47,185 nucleotides of DNA, taken from assembly GCA_040904025.1 (NCBI GenBank), contig JBBDUG010000008.1, positions 1-47,185 on the forward strand, given 5' to 3'. Position 1 is the stretch's first letter, and each line of letters opens with the position of its first letter. This document shows positions 8,636 to 15,575 of the stretch, piece by piece. Position numbers and translations under genes: made by a program. Below the pieces are notes generated by a model. It ran no database searches. It was not told where the DNA came from and was given only the letters and a program-made list of their open reading frames with translations. The DNA is from Minisyncoccota bacterium. GTDB taxonomy: Bacteria > Patescibacteriota > Minisyncoccia > Phycocordibacterales > SW-6-46-9.

Positions 8636-9601
8636 CTAACTGTTTGATATCGGGGTTGATGTTCCTGATTCCTCTTCAACGCCGGCAGAGTTCGTTTCGT
8701 CTTCTTCTGTGTTCTCCACTTCAGTATCTTCTCCCCCGTTCTCACTCTCCACCTGCTCATTAATCTGCGGTGTCTCACTCCCCTCTGCACCCTCATCAGC
8801 CTGGGATTCTTTTGTATCATCCTCGGAAGAAGGAGTCGGATCTGTCGATGTAGATATATCATCTGCCGGCGCCTCTTCTGGTACAGGATTAGTTGAGGTT
8901 GCCACCTCACTATCTTCTCCCACAACAGATGGTGTAGAGGTTGCTGAGTTTGTGTCTGTTGATTGAGTAGATGTTGACGTAGATGTAGATACCACCTCCG
9001 TTTCTTTTTCTGTTTCCGTTTGCATAATGCTTCCCATTTCAGATCGTGTTTTTCCAACACTCGGGTCTCCTGAATCAGCATATCGGCGCTCGTTTTTTGC
9101 CTGCGGTCTCGTGACACTTGCAAGAGAGCCGAGAAGGCTCCGAAGTGTGGATTTTTCCTGTGTTACGACACCCTCTATACGTGCACGTTCAATAGCCTGC
9201 ACGCGCACAAGATAATCGCGCTCACGCTCCCCTCTCTCACGGAGCTCACTCGTGACATACACCTCGATTTCCTCCTCTGACATACTACCTGCCTCCACTT
9301 TCAATACGTCTGACTTTCGTACCGGTTGCCACATACCTTCAATCACTTCCCATGTGCTATATGTATATTCCACATACACGTACGTATCATCCTCGTATAC
9401 ACTTGTGACTTCGATATTCGCATCGTATGAATCAAAGCTCGCGCCAACGAGACGAGATGTATCAACCGGCACCTGTTGATTCTCACGCACCTGCGTGTAC
9501 GCAAATGCTGAGGATGAGATAACAAAGGCGGTGATGATGAGGGCGGGAAACGCGTTGTGATATTTAATGAAGTCTATAAGATTTTTCATACGTGTGTTCA
9601 T
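8636..9601 (-). CDS. Exported/membrane-anchored protein with acidic S/T/E-rich tail, directly downstream of DGR2 RT
   Basis: 321 aa; N-terminal hydrophobic segment ending AFA; begins 5 bp after the RT2 stop. Confidence 0.8.
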   Translation of the reverse strand: MNTRMKNLIDFIKYHNAFPALIITAFVISSSAFAYTQVRENQQVPVDTSRLVGASFDSYDANIEVTSVYEDDTYVYVEYTYSTWEVIEGMWQPVRKSDVLKVEAGSMSEEEIEVYVTSELRERGERERDYLVRVQAIERARIEGVVTQEKSTLRSLLGSLASVTRPQAKNERRYADSGDPSVGKTRSEMGSIMQTETEKETEVVSTSTSTSTQSTDTNSATSTPSVVGEDSEVATSTNPVPEEAPADDISTSTDPTPSSEDDTKESQADEGAEGSETPQINEQVESENGGEDTEVENTEEDETNSAGVEEESGTSTPISNS

Positions 9602-9606
9602 AGTTA

Positions 9607-10638
9607 TTAATATGTAAAGGGTATGTCGAGCCGGCGCTCAAGATCGCGCCTCAATCCCCACGATGATCCCTTGCGCGCATACTGATACCAAGATTCAATA
9701 GAGCGGTCAAACTGATCTTGCGTCATCGCTTCACGCGCTACCATCTTTCGATACGCGCGTGTCCGACGCACGAAACGTTGTACCGTACTCCTACGCAGAA
9801 GCCGGTGATGTGGAAAGAGGCGAAATCCAAGAAAATCAAGACCGGTGCGGTGCGGGAAGACCGCAACTTTGCGCGGGTTCATCACGAGCTTAAGTTTCTC
9901 TTCCAGAAACTCATTCATTCGGGTTGAGCACTCATGCAGATATTTCTTATCATTCGAGAAGATAACAATGTCATCCATATAGCGTATGTAGTACTCGGCT
10001 TTGAGCTCCCGCTTAATAAACTGATCCAGTTCATTAAGATAAATGTTTGCAAAGAGCTGGCTTGTGAGATTCCCGATCGGAATACCCTTGCCATACGTGA
10101 GGTCATACGAACTCTCAATAACGATTCGACAGAGATCAACGACGCGCCTATCGCGAATCTTGTGTTTTATAAGAGAGAGTAGAATCTCATGATTAATAGT
10201 CGCAAAGTACTTTGAGATGTCGGAGGTCAGCACATACTCTGTTTTGTGCATGAAGTGTTCCGCACGATCGAGGGCGACGTGCGTCCCTTTCCCCTCTCTA
10301 CACGCATAACTGTCATATATGAACATCGGCTCAAAGATGGTTTCTAGTGCGTAGTAGAGAGCATTGTGCACAACACGGTCACGGAAGCATGCCGCTTTTA
10401 TAAGACGCTTCTTTGAATCGCGAACAATAAAGGTACGATACTGCCCGTGTGTATATGTACCGTCATGGAGCTCGTCACGAATATCAACGAGATTGTCCTC
10501 GAGATTATACCCAAAGTGAAGCACCTGCATACGATACCGCTTTCCTCGACGCGCCCTCTCCCACGCCGCATAGAGTGCGGGTATAGAAGCAATAGTATGG
10601 AATATGTTGTTGTATGTTTTCATACGTAATATATACAA
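9607..10638 (-). CDS. DGR reverse transcriptase (DGR2)
   Basis: GKGTH, DISKYF, GIPIGNLTSQ, RYMDD, GLDFLG; start may be MKTYNN at 10623. Confidence 0.95.
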   Translation of the reverse strand: MYILRMKTYNNIFHTIASIPALYAAWERARRGKRYRMQVLHFGYNLEDNLVDIRDELHDGTYTHGQYRTFIVRDSKKRLIKAACFRDRVVHNALYYALETIFEPMFIYDSYACREGKGTHVALDRAEHFMHKTEYVLTSDISKYFATINHEILLSLIKHKIRDRRVVDLCRIVIESSYDLTYGKGIPIGNLTSQLFANIYLNELDQFIKRELKAEYYIRYMDDIVIFSNDKKYLHECSTRMNEFLEEKLKLVMNPRKVAVFPHRTGLDFLGFRLFPHHRLLRRSTVQRFVRRTRAYRKMVAREAMTQDQFDRSIESWYQYARKGSSWGLRRDLERRLDIPFTY

Positions 10639-10820
10639 AGGCCTAGTTAACCACAGCGGGGAGCTTCGGGTGAGGCACCCCTACCACAACCCGATGCGGG
10701 TACAGGCCGCATATTTTCCCGGAAACGTGCGTCCACGAGAAGGACTACACCAGTAATGAACAGGCACGGACAGTATCTCGATGGATTCAAGAGACTGTTC
10801 AGGCCCAAGGCTTTGTAGAG
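10639..10820 (-). ncRNA. Putative DGR2 spacer RNA 3' of TR2
   Basis: GC-rich non-coding stretch between TR and RT with short stems (e.g. ACAGT.TCTC...GAGACTGT), at the position of the priming spacer in canonical DGRs. Confidence 0.5.
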
Positions 10821-10937
10821 TACCAGGCGCATCGGAAGCCAATGTTGGAATTCGTGTTCGAGGGCGAGTTGTTCAGGTTCAGCGTGAAGACACCCGCATC
10901 GTCGCCATTATCCCAGTTCCCGCCACGTTGGAAGGCA
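10821..10937 (-). repeat. DGR2 template repeat (TR2)
   Basis: 117 bp match to 11392-11508; 10 mismatches at TR adenines plus 1 G/C difference. Confidence 0.97.
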
Positions 10938-10975
10938 ACCGTTGCTCGAGGTGCAGCCCTTCATATAGACACACC

Positions 10976-11314
10976 CTAGGAATTATTTTTTATCCATCCT
11001 CCGACCATCTTGCCGATCTCCGAGAGCCGCTCCGCCGCAAACGCATACTGCCGTGAGCCGATGAAATTGAGATCGCGCGCAACGCGCATGAGTGTTTTGA
11101 GCATATCCACGAGCAGACTCAGCTCATAGAGGTGCGGAAGTTTGCGACGCGACGCGTTAGCGCGCATGATGCATTTCAGGATTCTGAGGATGGTACTTTC
11201 AATGTGCTGTCCCAAGACGAATCTCTGCGACTTAGGAAACTTATTTACCGTCGGATAGATCCAGAGAAGCAATTCGTACGTCTTCTCGTATATCGCAAGG
11301 TCTTTATATGTCAT
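10976..11314 (-). CDS. avd: Avd accessory protein (DGR2)
   Basis: 112 aa; KFPKSQRFVLG...EIGKMVGGWIK; canonical target-avd-TR-RT order. Confidence 0.93.
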   Translation of the reverse strand: MTYKDLAIYEKTYELLLWIYPTVNKFPKSQRFVLGQHIESTILRILKCIMRANASRRKLPHLYELSLLVDMLKTLMRVARDLNFIGSRQYAFAAERLSEIGKMVGGWIKNNS

Positions 11315-11390
11315 AGAACTAAAGTTGAAAGAACTAAGCTATCCTACCCCCACCCCACGCCCGGCCAATCCAAATTCCAAATTTCTGTCA

Positions 11391-14300
11391 TTACCAGGCG
11401 CATCGGAAGCCAAAGTTGGAATTCGTGTACGAGGGCGAGCTGCTCAGGTACAGCGTGAAGACACCCGCATCGTCGGCATCATCCCAGCCCCCGCCACGCC
11501 GGAAGGCATGATAATCACTGTTATACCCGACACCGTCATACGCGTGGCCCGGATTGATATATATTTTTCCGATGCCATACGTAGAGTCCCAACTAATATC
11601 CCAGGGGCGCAGATCGTGACCTTGATAGTCGGTAACGGCCGTATACTCGAACCAGTTGGGGGTAGTGACATTTCCCGCCTTCACCATCTCCATAGTAATA
11701 CCATCATTATCATTACCATTGCCCGTAGCTGCGGTATCATCTTCAATGATATAGGCGTCGACCCACTCCCACACATTTCCGGAGAAATCCCAGATCGTTT
11801 CTGCATTTGAGAGTGCGAGTTCCGCTTTCGTATTGCGACCCGTTCCCGATTCAGGATTCGAGCCGTCATATGACACACTATCGGTTATGCCGATGTTCCC
11901 GCGCAATAACCCGCCCCCTGATGCCACGGTCGAGCCGATAACGCCATCGGCCCAGTTCCCCGTCTGCTTTGAGACGTTGTCGGCAATAGTCATCCACTCA
12001 GCGTTTGAGATGAGATGATACTCATCACCGAGCGCCTCACATTGCGCGCGAGCATCAGTTTGCGTAATACTCACCCATGGGTTTGAATTCGCCTGAGATG
12101 TCGCGACACCACTGACATTCTTTGCCTCATATTTCATTACACAAAATCCGGGGAGTGTGCCGTGCTTTGCCGAGCCCGGAACCCATATGTACCCCGTCGG
12201 ACAGTGTCGCTCGAATTCCTCCGCCACCACCTTATTCTCCACAACTATGTTTCCACCACCCGACACGGAGACTGACGGACATGCACCACCGGCACATACA
12301 TTAAAGTCTTCGTCGAGAAACGAGACGGTACCGCCGGAGGCCGAGAGTATGACATTTCCTGTTGCATCAACTTGGAATTCACTCCGACGCGACGCATCAT
12401 ATGCAATACGAAGCTGTGCATTTGCGACCGTATCGAAGACCTCAAATACGCGGGTAGGCGCGGAAGTACCCACACCCACTCGACCGGAGGACCAATCGAC
12501 CACGAGATTTCCCGAGCCAACATCAAATCCTCCGGCAAATGTACTCGTGGCCGAGGCATTTGAGGCCACGAAATTGTTTGCGGTGAGCTGTCCTGTGGTT
12601 GTATCGTCTCCGGAGTTTATAAGAAACGCATCATCGACATTGAGTGTATTTGAATTCCATGAGATATTTGTACCGGCTGTAATACGAGTAGAAGGGGTGG
12701 TATAGAAATTATCCCAGTTAGTGACAGAGGTGGAGAGCGGAATGGTATACCCACTCGAGAGCGCAAGTGCGTCTCCGGAAAGCTCGAGCCCTGTTGCTGA
12801 TACAGATAGATTTGTGTAGGTAGATATATCAATAGCGGTACCGTTCCATACACCCGTGGATATAGTTCCGAGTGTAGTGATAGAATCATCTCCGGTATAC
12901 GTACCCGCCGATACTGCATCAAGTATTGCGCTATACGCCTGTACATCAGATCCGATCGCAAGACCAAGATTCGTGCGTGCACCACTTGCCGTTACCGCCC
13001 CCGTTCCTCCGTATGCCACTGCAAGTGTATTTGCATTCCACGTTCCCGATGTCAATGTACCGACAGTAGCCAAATTGGGGGTGGAAAAGAGCGTTGCAAT
13101 GGTTGAGGTTGCATTGATACGTGCGTCTGCTCGTGCGTTGGTGAAGTAGAGGTTTGAGCCCTCTGCGAGGTCTGTTGTGGTGTTGTCAGAAAGATCATCA
13201 TCCGAGAGGGCTCCGTCATTGTTGGTAAAGACGTTAACCACTCCGGCAAGAAAACTCTCGAGTCCACTTTCAGTATTAGACTTGAGAATCGTTGATGATG
13301 CATTGATGTATCCTGCGGTATCTGTGTCAGTATAATGATCAAGATCAGAGATCTGTGACTCTGTGACGGAGAGGTTAGCAAGGGTTGTGATATTTGGGAG
13401 TGTTGTGGTTGCAGAGAGTCTCTCGTCGAAGCGGGTATTGGTCCAATAGAGATTTGATCCCTCAGATAGTGCATCAGTCGTTGTTGCACTAAAGAATGTA
13501 TGGAAAGGAGTCCCGAAGTTTGTGAGATTGCGTGCATCAAGGTAGTACACCCCTTCTTGTCCATCAAGTGTTCCCGTCCAATCTCCTGTTTTTGTTATGT
13601 ATCCGTCACCAATAGCTGTTCCCTGCCAGGTACCGCTTGTGACAGTCCCTACCTCACTCAAACCGGAAACCGATATATCGCCCGCAAAAGTTGATGTTGC
13701 CGTGGTTGATGTTGCCTGAATATAGGGAACTGTGATCGCGCCTGAAAGTGTTTGAGAACCGGAGACGGTAAAGTTGCCTGATATCGTCGCATCACCGGAA
13801 ACAGAAAGGGAGGTGATTGTTGTTCCTTCTGCATTGAGAGTTCCACCAACATCAAGTGTGTACGCAGGAGTGGTTGTGAGAACGCCAACTCTATTGTTAT
13901 CTGCATCAATATAGAGCGTATCTGTATCAAAGGCAGAATTTCCCGATACCGAAAGTTCTTGAGTGCTCACCGATTGCGAGATAGACGAGTGTATATCACG
14001 ACGAGCATTTTCATCCTGACGCCGCGCGATGAAGGTAAGGTCTGACAACTTATTAGAGAGCGAACTGAGAATGTTCGCGATTGTCTCATCTCGCTGCACT
14101 GTTTCTTGTGCCGCGAGACGCAAACGAGATGAAAGCTCCGCTTCGCTCACACCGGGATATACGAGACGTTCTTCGTATACCACTCGTTCAATTATCTGAG
14201 GTGAGGAAGATTCAAGAGAAAGTGATGTTTGTGGAGTAGTTGTTCCTGCTATGCTCCCCCCCCCCTCAGGGTTTAGAGCATTGTGTCGGTCAAAGACAAC

Positions 14301-14792
14301 GGTACGTGGTGGAGCAAGAAGAGAAGCAAGAGCAAATGCAGCTTGAGACAGGTTGGTACGGATAGATTCTGTAAGTGAATTCACCCGCGAATGTGAAATA
14401 TCCATGTGATCCACGACATACGTAACCGTACTCCTCATTGAGGAGACAGTTTGAGAAATTGTGTTGCCGGAAAATGATGAAGCAACAAACGGTGTTGCGA
14501 TAAGGATAAAAACAAGACTTGCCACAACCACTGGTCGTACCATAGGGATTAAAGAAAAAGAAGAATGTGGTTCATTCGCTTCCTCTTCATCAAGATAAAA
14601 ACTCTCTTCCAAATCCTGCCTGTATTCTTCAAGAAGTACTTTATCAATATGCCATTTCCCTTCTCCTTTGTAGACAGACTCAATCACTCGTGCACGACAG
14701 AGGCGCATGATGTGATCTTCTGACCACCCAGTGAGGTGTGCCGCCGCTTCAATGGAAATATACTCCTGATTCTCTGAATCGTGAAAAGCCAT
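11391..14792 (-). CDS. DGR2 target: large surface protein (N-terminal HTH, TM helix, fibre-like stalk, C-terminal FGE-sulfatase/C-type-lectin-fold domain)
   Basis: 1133 aa; YISIEAAAHLTGWSEDHIMRLCR (excisionase-like HTH), VVVASLVFILIATPFVA TM, repeated EGSNLY.TN.R and GT.TSGTW motifs, FCVMKYEA, DFSGNVWEW, RGG.W...GFRC. Confidence 0.92.
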   Translation of the reverse strand: MAFHDSENQEYISIEAAAHLTGWSEDHIMRLCRARVIESVYKGEGKWHIDKVLLEEYRQDLEESFYLDEEEANEPHSSFSLIPMVRPVVVASLVFILIATPFVASSFSGNTISQTVSSMRSTVTYVVDHMDISHSRVNSLTESIRTNLSQAAFALASLLAPPRTVVFDRHNALNPEGGGSIAGTTTPQTSLSLESSSPQIIERVVYEERLVYPGVSEAELSSRLRLAAQETVQRDETIANILSSLSNKLSDLTFIARRQDENARRDIHSSISQSVSTQELSVSGNSAFDTDTLYIDADNNRVGVLTTTPAYTLDVGGTLNAEGTTITSLSVSGDATISGNFTVSGSQTLSGAITVPYIQATSTTATSTFAGDISVSGLSEVGTVTSGTWQGTAIGDGYITKTGDWTGTLDGQEGVYYLDARNLTNFGTPFHTFFSATTTDALSEGSNLYWTNTRFDERLSATTTLPNITTLANLSVTESQISDLDHYTDTDTAGYINASSTILKSNTESGLESFLAGVVNVFTNNDGALSDDDLSDNTTTDLAEGSNLYFTNARADARINATSTIATLFSTPNLATVGTLTSGTWNANTLAVAYGGTGAVTASGARTNLGLAIGSDVQAYSAILDAVSAGTYTGDDSITTLGTISTGVWNGTAIDISTYTNLSVSATGLELSGDALALSSGYTIPLSTSVTNWDNFYTTPSTRITAGTNISWNSNTLNVDDAFLINSGDDTTTGQLTANNFVASNASATSTFAGGFDVGSGNLVVDWSSGRVGVGTSAPTRVFEVFDTVANAQLRIAYDASRRSEFQVDATGNVILSASGGTVSFLDEDFNVCAGGACPSVSVSGGGNIVVENKVVAEEFERHCPTGYIWVPGSAKHGTLPGFCVMKYEAKNVSGVATSQANSNPWVSITQTDARAQCEALGDEYHLISNAEWMTIADNVSKQTGNWADGVIGSTVASGGGLLRGNIGITDSVSYDGSNPESGTGRNTKAELALSNAETIWDFSGNVWEWVDAYIIEDDTAATGNGNDNDGITMEMVKAGNVTTPNWFEYTAVTDYQGHDLRPWDISWDSTYGIGKIYINPGHAYDGVGYNSDYHAFRRGGGWDDADDAGVFTLYLSSSPSYTNSNFGFRCAW
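11392..11508 (-). repeat. DGR2 variable repeat (VR2)
   Basis: Encodes AFRRGGGWDDADDAGVFTLYLSSSPSYTNSNFGFRCAW at the target C-terminus. Confidence 0.97.
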
Positions 14793-15078
14793 AATAGATT
14801 ATGTTTATTATAGCGTATACCTCTGTACTTTTCCGTCAGTTATCAACACTTTTTCGTTTACACCTATAATACAAGTTCACCCAATCACCTCTTAGCTGGA
14901 AAGTATAGACTACACTCGTGAGTACGTCGAAGAGCGAAACCTTCAAAGCATAAGGACATAAGCACTACCGATAGGTAGTGCGGGAGGTCCGCAATGCTTT
15001 GGGGTAAGTGGAGGATAGAATAACCAAAACGCTCGGGTATGAAGCGCCTTCGCTTCCTCCCTTGTGGAGGAAGAGAGC

Positions 15079-15252
15079 CCCCAAACACTACACCTCTTTT
15101 TTTCTTTGTGTCGGCCCTTTTCCTTAAAGCGGAAGCGTAGTGTTCAGGGGTGCTTTGGCGAGGCATAAGCCGAGCGCGAAGGCGCGCAGCGCGCGACTAG
15201 TCTTTAAGCTTAAATTCGAAAAAGGTTCGCGTAGCGTGTATAATTTCTTCAC
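15079..15252. repeat. Inverted repeat IR2-right (attR element arm)
   Basis: 174 bp reverse complement of 5812-5985 with 1 mismatch. Confidence 0.95.
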
Positions 15253-15297
15253 CAAAGAGAGAGCTAGTTCGAGCACTCTAAAAGGGTCGAATTAGCT

Positions 15298-15332
15298 AAC
15301 AAAAGCAAGTCGTAATCCGACTTGCTTTTGTT
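15298..15332. terminator. Terminator-like hairpin just outside attR
   Basis: AACAAAAGCAAGTCG-taatc-CGACTTGCTTTTGTT; would lie just downstream of the tRNA in the excised state. Confidence 0.65.
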
Positions 15333-15368
15333 GTAGTTTAGTACAACTGTTTGTGATATAATCTTTTT

Positions 15369-15575
15369 ATGAAAGATGATGCTAAAAAGTTGGGTGAAAA
15401 TCTTAAAAAAATCAGAGCTAAGAAAAATATAACTCAAACAGAGCTTGCACTAATTCTCAATGTCGATAAATCTTTTGTTAGTAACATTGAAAATGGGAAA
15501 AACAACCCAACTCTTTCAACTATTACCAATCTAGCAAAAGCTCTCAAAGTTCCGGTCGATGAGCTTTTCAAATAA
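15369..15575 (+). CDS. XRE-family HTH transcriptional regulator (possible R-M controller protein)
   Basis: 68 aa; LKKIRAKKNITQTELA...SNIENGKNNPTL. Confidence 0.9.
   Translation: MKDDAKKLGENLKKIRAKKNITQTELALILNVDKSFVSNIENGKNNPTLSTITNLAKALKVPVDELFK

Larger units (their letters stand above)
4133..15252. mobile_element. Serine-recombinase integrative element (11.1 kb) carrying two DGRs, inserted at the tRNA-Glu 3' end
   Basis: attL gggg-TCAC-aatatag (core 4133-4136) and attR tttct-TCAC-caaagag (core 15249-15252). Joining the inner arms reproduces the reverse complement of 5686-5985; joining the outer arms gives GGGGTCA-CCA. Confidence 0.85.

Noticed and set aside
14885-15166. 93 aa ORF in the attR arm and the 60 aa ORFs at 5758-6106
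   Set aside because: They lie in hairpin-rich repeat DNA, are not preserved as equivalent ORFs between the two repeat copies, and show no recognisable motifs.
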